A DNA stretch of 63,093 nt, counting the filler, from Myxococcota bacterium (GTDB taxonomy: Bacteria > Myxococcota_C > UBA6777), in NCBI GenBank assembly GCA_023150835.1. It is 3 parts of 3 records of this genome, joined end to end, with 100 filler letters (N's around TTAATTAATTAA, not from the genome) between each part and the next. Parts side by side here need not be neighbours in the genome. Positions count along the whole stretch, not along the records: positions 1 to 22,213 come from JAKLKB010000118.1; 2 more parts are not named here. One strand, written 5' to 3'. Position 1 is the first letter of the stretch. Each line of letters begins with the position of its first letter. Positions 1 to 9,893 of the stretch are shown here, piece by piece. A program made the position numbers and the translations under genes. The notes beneath the pieces are model-generated. The model saw nothing but the letters and a program-made list of their open reading frames with translations. It made no database searches and was not told the origin of the DNA.

Positions 1-218
1 GGACTGCCCCTACATGGTTCGACCACATAACGGGCGGATCTCGGATTAGTTTGTGTAAACGCCCGATGGTCGGGCAGCCACAGGGGACTGCCCCTACATG
101 GTTCGACCACATAACGGGCGGATCTCGGATTAGTTTGTGTAAACGCCCGATGGTCGGGCAGCCACAGGGGGCTGCCCCTACATGGCCCGATCACATAACG
201 GGCGGATCTCGGATTAGC
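1..218. repeat. 84-bp tandem repeat (~2.6 copies) carrying a GTAG-type REP palindrome
   Basis: Units start at 1, 85 and 169; they carry GGGCAGCCACAGGGG(A/G)CTGCCCCTAC (reverse complement GTAGGGGCAG..CTGCCC; first copy cut by the window edge); last unit overlaps the stop of the adjacent CDS. Confidence 0.85.
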
Positions 219-660
219 TTGTGAGCATCGAGTCGACGAGAGGCTTGATATCTTTGGAGGGGTAGCGGCCTTTCAGCTTGGGCATGATCTCTTTCATGAC
301 CTTGCCGACATCTTTGGCAGTCGAAGCACCGAGGGCGGCGATGGCGTCTTGGACGATGGTACGGGCTTCTTCGGGGCTGAGTTGTTGGGGAAGATAGCCT
401 TCGATGATCTTGAGTTCGGCTTTTTCCTTGTCAGCAAGGTCCACGCGTCCCGCTTGGGAGAAGGCGTCGATGCTTTCTTGTCGGCGCTTGGCTTGTTTGG
501 AAAGAAAAGCGAGGGTTTCTTCTTCGTTGTGCTCGCGTTTGAGGTCGATTTGCTCTTTTTTGAGGTCGGCCAGCATCATCTTGAGCGTGGAGGTGCGCTC
601 GGCGTCACGGGCTTTCATCGAGGTTTTGAGGTCTTCGGAGATTTTAGCGAGCAGAGACAT
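214..660 (-). CDS. GatB/YqeY domain protein
   Basis: 148 aa; DLKTSMKARD, KRRQESI..F..AGRVDLA..E..E..II..YLPQQLS, GKVMK..MPKLKG motifs. Confidence 0.92.
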   Translation of the reverse strand: MSLLAKISEDLKTSMKARDAERTSTLKMMLADLKKEQIDLKREHNEEETLAFLSKQAKRRQESIDAFSQAGRVDLADKEKAELKIIEGYLPQQLSPEEARTIVQDAIAALGASTAKDVGKVMKEIMPKLKGRYPSKDIKPLVDSMLTS

Positions 661-828
661 CGTCTTGATCCTTCTGTATGGTTGGGAGAGATCGCACGTG
701 AGTGCGATACTTGGGGAACATCAAAAAAGGTGAGCCTACAAACGGAGCGAGTGTGTATCGGGTTCGTTTTCAGAAAGCGATGTGGCGAAACGTCGATGGG
801 ATGGGAGAGACCGAAGAACTCGGCGAGC

Positions 829-1806
829 TCACATAGGTGCGCTGGTTTTGGTGGGCGTTGCGGTGGTGCTTGGTGCGGGAGGGAGCGTGGTTTTAGAAGG
901 CGCTTCTTTTTTGGCATCCGAAGCGGAAGCCGTCAAGACACGGGGCTTTTGTGTTTTATCGAGGGCAGCGATCGCGGTTTCGACCTCGGCAAGGGTCTTC
1001 TTGGCTTCGCTGGCTTCTTTGCTTTTGGGGTCTTTTTCGAGTAAGGCTTTGAGGGCTTCTTTGGCTTTTTGCGGTTTTTTCAGTTGGATGTAGGCTTTGG
1101 CCATACGCAAACGGGCTTCGGCGTTGAAGTCCGCAAGTGGGTAGGTCTTTAAGAGATGAGCCATCCGCCACACGACCGCTTGGTATTTGCCGCGAGAAGC
1201 ATAAAACTGTGCGACGTAGATCTCGTGTTGTGCGAGCTGTTGGATACAGATGCGCAACTCTTTTTTGGCTTCGATCGCCAGTTTGTGGTGGGGATATTGC
1301 GTGATGAACTCGTTGTAAGAAGCGATGGCTTGGCGGGTGGTGGTCGAGTCTTTTTCGTGGTTGGGCGGGATGAGAAACCATTCCCACGGTCGTTGCTTGA
1401 AGTAGCATTGTGCGATCTGGAACTGCGCGTAGGGATGTTTTTTGTGAGAAGGGTGCAGTTTGGCGAAGATCCGATACAGATCGACAGCTTGAAGATATTT
1501 TCCAGAATGAAAGAAGCTATCCGCGATGCCGATCTCTGAGAGCGTTGCGTAGCGGCTGAAAGGATAGGCCGTTTTTAGCTGACGAAAGATCTTGCGGGCT
1601 TGATCGTAGTTTCCGCCTTTGAGTTCTTTGTTGGCTGTTTCGTAAAAGTGCTTGGCATTTTGTGCGTAAGTGCGCTTTTTCGAGGCTTTGGGTAGATTCT
1701 CCAGCCCACGCAGATTGCATGTACTCGCCCCCATCAAAAGCGGCGAGAGCAACACACTCGCCCACAACAAAGAACCCGCAGAGGAGCCAAAAAAGAAACG
1801 TGACAT
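829..1806 (-). CDS. bamD: Outer membrane protein assembly factor BamD (TPR lipoprotein)
   Basis: YPFSRYA, HPSH...YAQF, F..QYP, LAQHEIYVAQFY..RGKY.A motifs; signal-like N-terminus; start chosen at MSRFF (ORF open to 1899). Confidence 0.88.
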   Translation of the reverse strand: MSRFFFGSSAGSLLWASVLLSPLLMGASTCNLRGLENLPKASKKRTYAQNAKHFYETANKELKGGNYDQARKIFRQLKTAYPFSRYATLSEIGIADSFFHSGKYLQAVDLYRIFAKLHPSHKKHPYAQFQIAQCYFKQRPWEWFLIPPNHEKDSTTTRQAIASYNEFITQYPHHKLAIEAKKELRICIQQLAQHEIYVAQFYASRGKYQAVVWRMAHLLKTYPLADFNAEARLRMAKAYIQLKKPQKAKEALKALLEKDPKSKEASEAKKTLAEVETAIAALDKTQKPRVLTASASDAKKEAPSKTTLPPAPSTTATPTKTSAPM

Positions 1807-1975
1807 CGGTATATCCCTTCTTGATTCGGGGTGTTTGATCCGCGATCGGGCTTCAGGCAAAAAAGATGCCCATCTTTCGGGCAAAGACAAGCCGCTCAAC
1901 CTTGACGTGGATCAATGCGCCTGTCGGCAGTGGATAGCATAGGTCGATGTGAAGCGCAAGTTGAGAGAGACAAGC

Positions 1976-3835
1976 TCAGCGAGGACGAGGAGAGGGGGCT
2001 TCTTCGGGCAAGCGAGGAACCAGCGAAGAGAGATGATGCAGGATATGAGAAGCGGCATCGGGGCAAGGCCAAGGGGCAAAGCGCGCAAGATCGCATTGTT
2101 GGAGCAAAGGCTGGAGATCTTGGTGGAGCGTTTGTCCAAGGGGATCGCGCAGAAGAGAGGCTTGGAGTTCGTCGCGTGTGAGCGCACGTGTTGGGCGCAA
2201 CAACAGCGCTTGTAAGAGTTCGTGAAAAGTGGCCTCGATCCGCGACAATCCTTGCGGATCTGCGGGCAGTTTTCGTGTAGTCGCCCACTCGACAAGCAGG
2301 TTTTTGGCGTGGAGGTAGTGGTCGTGTTGTTGTTGGCGCTGTGCCTCCAACGCGGCCCGCACAAAACGCTCTCGCTGAAAGCGCCGCCATTGGGCGATCA
2401 GCACAACGCCCACGACCACCACACAAAAAAACAGCAACACCCACAGCGGATGCCTCTGCGAAAACAGCGGATGTTCGGGCTTCTTGCCAAAGGCCGCAGA
2501 GGACGGCTTGATCAAGGCCGAGACTTGGGCGCGCAAGGCAGGTTGAATCGACAGCGACTGCGGTGTTGTGGCGTAACGCACATACACCTTTTTCCAAGGA
2601 TCAAAAGCCCACCAGATCAGCGCAGGGATGGTGTAATCGCCGGACTTTTCGGCGCGCAACCACAGCGAGCGCACGATCTCTCCTTGGATCTGCGCGGCTT
2701 GTGGAGACAGTGAGACTTCTGTTCGTGCGGATATCTGGCGCAGTTGAGAAGAAAGAGAAAGCGAAGGTAGATTGATCTGCTTGAGGTTTCCGATACCTTG
2801 GAGTCGGATCTGAAGGGGGATACTTTGTCCAACGCGATACGGCGTCGAGGGCAAGGCGAGCGAAAGGTGAAAGCGCCCGACATCTTGCGATTGAAGCTGT
2901 GGAGGCTTTTCTTCCGATGGATGGGGCAGGATCGAAACAGTTTGTTCGGGGCTGCGTCGGATCTCTTCGCTGCTTGGGTCGCCGTTCATTTGGGGATTAA
3001 TCCGCAACGCAAGCGAATCGAGCGACAACTCCCCATCCCGCAGAGCAAACAGCGCATAACGCGAAACCAAGGTGTAGGCGTATTCTTTGTCGCCAAGGTG
3101 TCGATGTTTCCACGTCGCAAGCGCACGCGCACGAAAGATCTCTTCGACCCAAAAGCCCTCAAATCGGGGAAGTTGCGCATACGCGACGCTGCATGTCCCC
3201 CGCCGAAAAAAATAAAACGAGACGGTGATCTGTTGACCGACATAAGCGCGTTGCGGAGAGATCACAGGCAACAAAAAGAAATCGCCGCTCGGCTCGATCT
3301 GTGCGGGAAGATCGAGTTGAGGGCCGCTTGGCGCACGATCAATCGCGGCTTTGACTTCGATGCGCAAGGGCGGGGTTGTGTAGCGTTTGCCCTTGACGCG
3401 CACAGTGGCAGCGCGTAGTGTATGCGCCCCATCGCGTAGAGCGAGATAAGACACCGTAAAGATCCAAGTATATCGGGTGCTTGGATCTTTGCCTGCACGA
3501 TATATGGCATCTTGCCGATCTTGCTGTTCGGTCTTTTTTCGGCGCAAAGCGCGATGGCTCGGGAATTGAAGCCCCGAATAATACCGTGTGTCCGTCTCCA
3601 AAGTCCACCGCACGACGGCCATCTCGCCTCGCGAGACCACTCCGCGCACCACTTCCGCACGAAAGCTCGTCGCGGTTTCTGCTGCGGCTGTCTGTGCGTA
3701 CCAACCCACACAAGAACCCAGCACCCACAACCCGAGAGCCACACGCAAACCAACACCAGAAAAGAATGTCCGATTGTTTCGATTTGTTTGAAAGATCATC
3801 AAATGCTCTGTCCGTCGTGTGAAGAAAGGTAACAC
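1976..3835 (-). CDS. BatD family protein
   Basis: Signal peptide, AYVGQQIT, P.FEGFWVEE, VGRF, G.GNLKQI, FDP...Y, TM helix and CDLARFAP C-terminus; start uncertain. Confidence 0.8.
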   Translation of the reverse strand: MLPFFTRRTEHLMIFQTNRNNRTFFSGVGLRVALGLWVLGSCVGWYAQTAAAETATSFRAEVVRGVVSRGEMAVVRWTLETDTRYYSGLQFPSHRALRRKKTEQQDRQDAIYRAGKDPSTRYTWIFTVSYLALRDGAHTLRAATVRVKGKRYTTPPLRIEVKAAIDRAPSGPQLDLPAQIEPSGDFFLLPVISPQRAYVGQQITVSFYFFRRGTCSVAYAQLPRFEGFWVEEIFRARALATWKHRHLGDKEYAYTLVSRYALFALRDGELSLDSLALRINPQMNGDPSSEEIRRSPEQTVSILPHPSEEKPPQLQSQDVGRFHLSLALPSTPYRVGQSIPLQIRLQGIGNLKQINLPSLSLSSQLRQISARTEVSLSPQAAQIQGEIVRSLWLRAEKSGDYTIPALIWWAFDPWKKVYVRYATTPQSLSIQPALRAQVSALIKPSSAAFGKKPEHPLFSQRHPLWVLLFFCVVVVGVVLIAQWRRFQRERFVRAALEAQRQQQHDHYLHAKNLLVEWATTRKLPADPQGLSRIEATFHELLQALLLRPTRALTRDELQASLLRDPLGQTLHQDLQPLLQQCDLARFAPWPCPDAASHILHHLSSLVPRLPEEAPSPRPR

Positions 3836-3846
3836 AGATCCTCAAA

Positions 3847-3965
3847 CCCCCCGTGTTCGAAGCCGTTCAAGCGGAGCAGTCGTTGGTTTGGAAAACAACG
3901 ACTGCTCCGCCAATACGGGGTCAAGGGGGCCGTGACCCCTTGTGGGGCGTGGGGTGAAACCCCAC
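3847..3965 (-). repeat. Dispersed ~120-nt three-hairpin repeat, copy 1
   Basis: Reverse complement matches blocks GTGGGG-N5-CCCCAC, CAAGGGG-N7-CCCCTTGACCCCGTATTGGCG ... CGCTTGAA ... CGAACACGGGG; inner arms form a perfect 15-bp stem (gcggagcagtcgttg/caacgactgctccgc). Confidence 0.85.
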
Positions 3966-4129
3966 CACAGCGAGTTCCATTCGTCGTATCATACTCATCG
4001 AGGTGTCCGAACATTCGCTCACCGCAGCCTTCGTTGTATCACAATGCCGCAAATAGCGGTCAAGTTTCCTATGCCCACGACCCCTCAAGCAAGAGGGTCC
4101 ACGATCCCGCAAGATGCTAAGGAGAAAAA

Positions 4130-4945
4130 ATGACACGTGTGGGTGTTTTTGTTGATGTCGAAAATATTAATCGCACAGGTGGTTTTGGGATGCGCTACGA
4201 TATCTTGCGCCGATTCGCTTGCCGCGACGCTGCGGATCCTGTGCGATTGAACGCTTATGTCGCGTTTGATGAAGAACGCGCCCAAAGCGACCGCCCTTAC
4301 AAAAAGCGCGTTTTGGATTTTTACCTTGTGTTGCGGGATCTCGGCTACAAAGTGATCGAAAAGAAAGTCAAGTGGTTCAACGAACGCGGCACACGCTACG
4401 CAAAGGCCAACGTCGATCTGGATCTGGCCGTCGATGCGCTGCTTCAGTCCGAAGCGCTCGATCGGGTGTTGTTGGTGACAGGCGACGGAGACTTCGATCG
4501 GGTGGTGCGCGCCCTCCAAAACAAGGGCTGTCGTGTCGAAGTCGTGGCCTTTCGCAATGTGTCGCTTTCTCTGCGGCGTGAGGCCGACTTCTTTATGTCA
4601 GGTTATTTGATCCCCAACCTCTTACCGATCGACCGCGAACGAGCTTCGCCTGCCTCGTGGGGCGAAGCAGAATCTCGCGTTCGAGGCACTTGTTACTCGT
4701 TCAAAGAAAATTTTGGCTTTATGCGTTTTCTCGATCGCATCGGCTCCGATATCTGGATCACCGACTCACGCGACCAAGCCTCTCCCTACCAAACAGCTTT
4801 TGTTCATATCTCCGACTTTCCCCCCGGCTTCGATCCGTTTCTTCTTCCAAGCCGCGACTTTATTTTTGAATTCGACATCGTCCATTCCGAACGTGACGAA
4901 GGAAAACTTCAAGCCAAGAATGTCGAGCTGCTCTACCAGTATTAA
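4130..4945 (+). CDS. NYN (LabA/DUF88) domain protein with C-terminal cold-shock-like OB domain
   Basis: VFVDVEN, KANVDLDLAVD, LVTGDGDF, L...ADFF; C-terminal FGF and FVH RNP-like motifs and QAKNV. Confidence 0.85.
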   Translation: MTRVGVFVDVENINRTGGFGMRYDILRRFACRDAADPVRLNAYVAFDEERAQSDRPYKKRVLDFYLVLRDLGYKVIEKKVKWFNERGTRYAKANVDLDLAVDALLQSEALDRVLLVTGDGDFDRVVRALQNKGCRVEVVAFRNVSLSLRREADFFMSGYLIPNLLPIDRERASPASWGEAESRVRGTCYSFKENFGFMRFLDRIGSDIWITDSRDQASPYQTAFVHISDFPPGFDPFLLPSRDFIFEFDIVHSERDEGKLQAKNVELLYQY

Positions 4946-6324
4946 GCGTTTCCGCTTCTGCCTTTCGGCGCTCTGCCAGTATCGGTCTTTTCAGCGTTTC
5001 CGTTCCTGCCTTTTGGCGCTCCGCCAGTATCGGGCTTTTGAGGAACCAACGGGCGGGTATCCAACCCCGCAAGCTGATCTGCCACTCCGCCACGCATCCG
5101 CCCACCGATCCCCGCCCGCTTGCCTTGTTCACCTTCAGCTTCCTGTGCGTTCGCTCCAACCATCGAAGCCGCCGAGATACGCGGTTCTGGATACGTGACG
5201 ATCCGCCCTTCAAAGTTGCGTAGCACCGTATACTCGGGAGACATACTCAAGATGTAGTTCGGCAAGATCGGGACTTTGCCACCGCCACGAGGAAGATCGA
5301 TCACATACTGCGGAATCCCCAAACCGCCCAACCGACCACGCAAGGCTTCCATGATCTGAATTCCTCGTGAGATCGGCGTGCGCAGATGCTCGATCCCTTG
5401 GACAAGATCGCTTTGGTGGAGATAGTACGGCTTGATCCGATTCATCAGCAGCTTGCGACACAACGCTTCGAGGATATCGGGATGATCGTTGATCCCACGC
5501 AACAAGACCGATTGGTTGTTGACGGGGACACCCGCCCGCAACAGACGATCACAAGCCTGTGCCGCTTGCGGCGTCAGTTCGCGTGGGTGGTTAAAATGCG
5601 TGACGACCCAGATCGGATGATAGCGTTCCAACATCGCGCAAAACTCGGGCGTGATCCGCATCGGCATCAACACAGGGATGCGCGTTCCGATACGGATGAT
5701 CTCAACGCTTGGAACCGACCGAACTGCCGCGATCACGCGCTCAAGCCGCCCGTCCGACAGCGTCAACGGATCTCCCCCCGACAAGATCACATCTCGAACA
5801 CTCGGCGTCTCCCGCAAATAACGCACCCACCCCTCGATCTGCTCGCTGCTTGCGGCTGCTTTCTCGATACCCACAAAACGCTTGCGTGTACAATGCCGAC
5901 AATACACAGGGCATAGACCATTCATCAACAGCACCACCCGATCAGGATAACGGTGGATCAATCCCGCAACAGGCCGATGTTCTTCTTCTTCCTCCGCAAG
6001 CGGATCACGAAACAACGCTGGTGCGTCATCTTCTTCTTCGGCCAACGGAATCGCCATCCGAAAGATCGGATCTTCGGGCGTAAATGACTCGATCAGCGAA
6101 AGATAATACGGCGTCACCGCAAAAGGATAACGCATCGAAACGCGCAACTGCCCATCCGATGGTTCAAATCCTTTCACCAACGCCTGAAGCTCCGACAGCG
6201 ATGTCAACCGATGTGTCATCTGCCAACGCCAGTCTGCGCGCTGCCAATCCCCCTCCCGCTTCAAAAGCCCCAACACTCCGCCTGTTTCTTCGACCCACTC
6301 AACACGTTGCACGACCCGCGACAT
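4942..6324 (-). CDS. KamA-family radical SAM enzyme (lysine 2,3-aminomutase-like)
   Basis: HRYPDR, CPVYCRHCTRKR, SGGDPL, HFNHPRE, NQSVLLRGIND, GGGKVP (PLP Lys); start at MSRVV after GAGGA RBS; the longer ORF runs through a repeat element. Confidence 0.9.
   Translation of the reverse strand: MSRVVQRVEWVEETGGVLGLLKREGDWQRADWRWQMTHRLTSLSELQALVKGFEPSDGQLRVSMRYPFAVTPYYLSLIESFTPEDPIFRMAIPLAEEEDDAPALFRDPLAEEEEEHRPVAGLIHRYPDRVVLLMNGLCPVYCRHCTRKRFVGIEKAAASSEQIEGWVRYLRETPSVRDVILSGGDPLTLSDGRLERVIAAVRSVPSVEIIRIGTRIPVLMPMRITPEFCAMLERYHPIWVVTHFNHPRELTPQAAQACDRLLRAGVPVNNQSVLLRGINDHPDILEALCRKLLMNRIKPYYLHQSDLVQGIEHLRTPISRGIQIMEALRGRLGGLGIPQYVIDLPRGGGKVPILPNYILSMSPEYTVLRNFEGRIVTYPEPRISAASMVGANAQEAEGEQGKRAGIGGRMRGGVADQLAGLDTRPLVPQKPDTGGAPKGRNGNAEKTDTGRAPKGRSGNA
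4946..5040. repeat. 48-bp tandem duplication encoding the KamA C-terminal tail
   Basis: gcgtttccg(c/t)t..tgcctt..ggcgctc.gccagtatcgg twice; encodes K.DTG.APKGR.GNA x2. Confidence 0.75.
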
Positions 6325-6435
6325 ACGATCCTCTTTCCAAGATGCCTTTGCCTCGCTACTATAGCCGCGCTCTTGCATATACGCGCTGGCCCCCAAAAGC
6401 AAGCCCTCGCCCCCAACGGCTTGTTCACTCGTTTT

Positions 6436-6554
6436 GTGGGGTTCGACCCCACGCCCCGCAAGGGGTCTTAGCCCCCTTGACCCCGTGTTGGCGGAGTGAA
6501 TAGACGTTTTCAAACCCACAGCAGCGCCGCTTGAACCTTCGCGAACACGGGGGG
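6436..6554 (+). repeat. Dispersed ~120-nt three-hairpin repeat, copy 2
   Basis: gtggggttcgaccccac gccccg caaggggtcttagcccccttg accccgtgttggcg...ttttcaaa...cgcttgaa...cgcgaacacgggg. Confidence 0.88.
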
Positions 6555-6675
6555 TTTGCAAACCGAGTCGCTTCTAAACAAGCCAGCCCAAAAAACGTTG
6601 CGCTCCGAAACACAACCTGCGCGAAACGACAGATTGTAGCGTTCATTCACCCCATCCCATGAGGCTTTAAGTACG

Positions 6676-9348
6676 ATGAAAAGGAAGATCTGGCCTTGGC
6701 TCCTCTTGATCATGATCGTTGTTCTGCTGTTCCTTACACGCAGACCTGTCTGGCCCAAACAAGAAAAATCCCCAAATGCCGACGGCATCCAACGACAATG
6801 CAAGATCACCCGCGACAAATGGGATGTCCCCCACATCCAAGCAGACTCCGATCCTGCGGGCTTTTATTGTTGGGGATACACACAAGCCGCTGACCGCGTC
6901 TGGCAAATGGACTTCTTGCGCCGAACCGCTTATGGCAAGATGGCCGAAGTCTACGGCTTTTCGTATGTCCGCCAAGACTTCTTCTTCCGTCTACTCGATA
7001 TCGCCTCCGTCGCCAAACGCCTCACCGAAAACCTCCCCTCACAATCCCCTGAAACCCACCGTCTCCTGCGCTTTTTTGTCTGGGGCGTCAACGATGCCTT
7101 TGAAAAAGTTCGCCGCACTCCTTACATCCAGCGCCCTTATGCCTTGCGTGATGGTCAGCCCATCGAGCCTTGGAACCTCCAAGATACCGTCGTCGTCATG
7201 TTGCTCCAAAGCTTCTTCCAAACCAACAAAAGCTTCCTCGACGACCTGTCTCACGCAAGATTGCGCGTCCTGCTCGGAGAAGACCGATACAACGCACTCT
7301 ACGAAGGCACAAAAAAATACCGTCTGTTCGATGAAAGCATCATCAAACAAGGCGAACATTCCCTTGTACCCGCTCCATCGCCCTCCCAACCAACCCCTTC
7401 GACTTCTCAACCCGCTGCTCCACGCCAAATCTCGCCACAAAGTCCGAACCATCCGAAACATCCACGCACAATATCTCCTCAAACACCGATCAATCCGACA
7501 TCTCCACGCTCGGCCTCCCCGCAAACACCGACACCACGTCCGTCCGCCTTACAACAGCCGCCCTCTCCAGCTTCGCTCCCCGCCCTTCACCGACCCACGC
7601 CCCCAACAAGTCGCCCTGCGCTGTCTCCGCAAACCCCCAACACACCTCCAACAAGCCACCCCGCTCCAAGCAGATCTCCGCTGCCACGCGGCGCAAGAGG
7701 CTCTCTATTGCGCGCCCTAGACAAAGCCATCGCCTTTTTCCCACCCGATCGCGCAAATCTCGGACAAGGCAGCAACAGTTGGGTCGTCGCTCCTGCTCGC
7801 AGCCAAAACGGACACGCCATGCTTGCCAACGACCCCCACCTGCGCATCACCATCCCCTCCTTTTGGCACGAAGCCCACATCCGCACACCAAACTTCAACG
7901 CGATGGGCGTGGCCGTCCCGGGCGGTCCCTTCGTGATCTCTGGAAACAATGAACACGTCTCTTGGGGCGTCACCAACGGATACACCAACGTCGCCGATCT
8001 CACCCCGATCAAACTCGATCGCCAAGGCCGCTTCCATCTTGGCAAAAAAGCCTATCAAAGCCAGCACATCTCCCCTACCGTCTACGCACGTAGCGGCCCC
8101 TTCTACGTCCCGATCTTTTGGCAACGCTTCCGCACCACTCCGCTTGGGCCGATCCTGCCCATCCCATGGCCCAAAGAGCGTATGCTACTTTTGCAATGGA
8201 GCGGCCTCTCCCTCACCATCCACCCCTTCATCGGCCTTTTCCAACTTCTCAAAGCCAAAGATGCCCAAGATGTCGACCGCATCTTCCAGCACGTCCAAAC
8301 CCCTTGCTTTAACTTGGTCTTTGCCGACACAAAAGGGCAGATCGGCTACCGTCAAGTCGGCCTCTTGCCACGCCGTTTGGCCGGTCAACGCGGCCTGATC
8401 AACCCCGAAGATCCCCGCGAGTTCTGGCAAGACTTCCTCAAACCCCACGAAGTCCCCTTCCTTCTCCAACCCAAACGCGGCTTCATCGTCACCGCCAACA
8501 ACCGCACCTTCCCCCCCAACTATCCCTTTTATACGGGCGATTCCTTTACCCTCGGCTTCCGCGCCAAGCGCATCGAAACCCTCTTACAAGCTCGTCCGAA
8601 ACATACGCCCGAAACATTCCAAGCCATCCAAAACGACACCTACGTCCCCGACGCCCACTTCCTTCTCGACTTGATGCTTGGGCAGCTTCATCTCGCCCTC
8701 GGCAAAGACCTTCCCGATCCCCTTACCAGCGAAGCCATCCGCATCCTTCAGCGTTGGGATCGCCGCGCTGATCTCGAACAGATCGCCCCCACGATCTTCC
8801 GCACTTGGCTCAACCATTTCGAGAAGACCGCTTTTCAAACCGACCGCGTCGCCCCACCCACCGCTGCGATCTTGGCCCTGCTGCGCGGACAACTCAAAGC
8901 CGGCAACACCCAAACCACCCCGCAGATCCTCAAAAAAAGCTTTGCCGCTGCTTTGCAACAACTCAAAAAACACCTCAGCCCCAACATCCAGACATGGCAT
9001 TGGAAACGCTTCCACTCGCTCACCATGAAGCACCTGCTCAACACCACCGATCAGTGGAATCCTCCGCCCTTGCCCGTCTACGGGGACACCGAAACCGTCT
9101 CCCCCGCCAGTAGCCTCGGAAAAGGCCCCTTCTACAGCGAAGTCATGGCCTCTTATCGCCTCGTCACCGAGATGCGGCCCGGACGCATCCGCTCTTGGGG
9201 CGTCCTCGCTGGACGCCAGATCGACCGCGATCCCCTCAAACCCTCCGAACAACTCCGCCTCTGGCACAAAGGCCAGTACCGTCCTCGCCCCTTCTATCCC
9301 GATCAGATCCAAAAACACAAAAAAGCCGACTACCACATCAAGTTTTAA
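6676..9348 (+). CDS. Penicillin acylase family Ntn-hydrolase
   Basis: RDKWDVPHI, G..QA.DR.WQMD, beta-subunit GSNSWVV (catalytic Ser), LANDPHL, TANN; N-terminal TM; Pro-rich spacer. Confidence 0.92.
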   Translation: MKRKIWPWLLLIMIVVLLFLTRRPVWPKQEKSPNADGIQRQCKITRDKWDVPHIQADSDPAGFYCWGYTQAADRVWQMDFLRRTAYGKMAEVYGFSYVRQDFFFRLLDIASVAKRLTENLPSQSPETHRLLRFFVWGVNDAFEKVRRTPYIQRPYALRDGQPIEPWNLQDTVVVMLLQSFFQTNKSFLDDLSHARLRVLLGEDRYNALYEGTKKYRLFDESIIKQGEHSLVPAPSPSQPTPSTSQPAAPRQISPQSPNHPKHPRTISPQTPINPTSPRSASPQTPTPRPSALQQPPSPASLPALHRPTPPTSRPALSPQTPNTPPTSHPAPSRSPLPRGARGSLLRALDKAIAFFPPDRANLGQGSNSWVVAPARSQNGHAMLANDPHLRITIPSFWHEAHIRTPNFNAMGVAVPGGPFVISGNNEHVSWGVTNGYTNVADLTPIKLDRQGRFHLGKKAYQSQHISPTVYARSGPFYVPIFWQRFRTTPLGPILPIPWPKERMLLLQWSGLSLTIHPFIGLFQLLKAKDAQDVDRIFQHVQTPCFNLVFADTKGQIGYRQVGLLPRRLAGQRGLINPEDPREFWQDFLKPHEVPFLLQPKRGFIVTANNRTFPPNYPFYTGDSFTLGFRAKRIETLLQARPKHTPETFQAIQNDTYVPDAHFLLDLMLGQLHLALGKDLPDPLTSEAIRILQRWDRRADLEQIAPTIFRTWLNHFEKTAFQTDRVAPPTAAILALLRGQLKAGNTQTTPQILKKSFAAALQQLKKHLSPNIQTWHWKRFHSLTMKHLLNTTDQWNPPPLPVYGDTETVSPASSLGKGPFYSEVMASYRLVTEMRPGRIRSWGVLAGRQIDRDPLKPSEQLRLWHKGQYRPRPFYPDQIQKHKKADYHIKF

Positions 9349-9374
9349 CGTCCCGTGTCTTTCGTATTTATGCC

Positions 9375-9860
9375 TCACGCTTGCCGCTGCTGTGCTTCGA
9401 GGATCACGAGGGTTCTTGCATCCATCTCTTGTTCGTAATGCTTCTCGATGATCCGATGAAACACCGAGTTTTCGGGCGAGATGGCAGAAAAAAGCGTTGC
9501 GCATGAGCGAAGCTTTAGATCATCGGGGGAACCAAAAACATCGAACATCGAACGTCCCTCCGTCGCTAAAACAACCTCACAGATCCGCTGTAATCGCTCC
9601 CCAAGCAATGGGTGTTCGAGATACGCTCGCGCTTCCTCCGCCCCTGAGATCGCGTACCGCTGCGCCATATCGCTATACCCCAATCCCTCAATCTGCGGGA
9701 AAATATACCACATCCAATGCGAACGTTTCCTCCCATTCGAGATCTCCGCAAAGGCGATGTCATACACATTCGCCTGCGCCTCGATAAAACGTTGGAGATC
9801 GTGCGGATCAGAGGCTTGTAGTTCGACCATGCTCAACCTTTCTTGCTTGGAGCCATCCAA
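9375..9860 (-). CDS. DUF1810 family protein
   Basis: DLQRF..AQ, GRKRSHWMWYIFPQ..GLG, YL.HP.LG.RL, FGSPDDLKLRSCATLF. Confidence 0.9.
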   Translation of the reverse strand: MDGSKQERLSMVELQASDPHDLQRFIEAQANVYDIAFAEISNGRKRSHWMWYIFPQIEGLGYSDMAQRYAISGAEEARAYLEHPLLGERLQRICEVVLATEGRSMFDVFGSPDDLKLRSCATLFSAISPENSVFHRIIEKHYEQEMDARTLVILEAQQRQA

Positions 9861-9893
9861 GTCCCAAGCGGTAGCGTTGTTGGTTTGAAGAGA

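Noticed and set aside
6325-6561. N-terminal extensions of ORFs 4942-6561, 18052-18996, 20231-21610 and 29657-30859
   Set aside because: They run through copies of the dispersed repeat; better downstream starts exist
7370-7700. Pro-rich insertion in the acylase as an intein or mobile insert
   Set aside because: It lies in the normal alpha/beta spacer just before the catalytic SNSW and has no intein motifs
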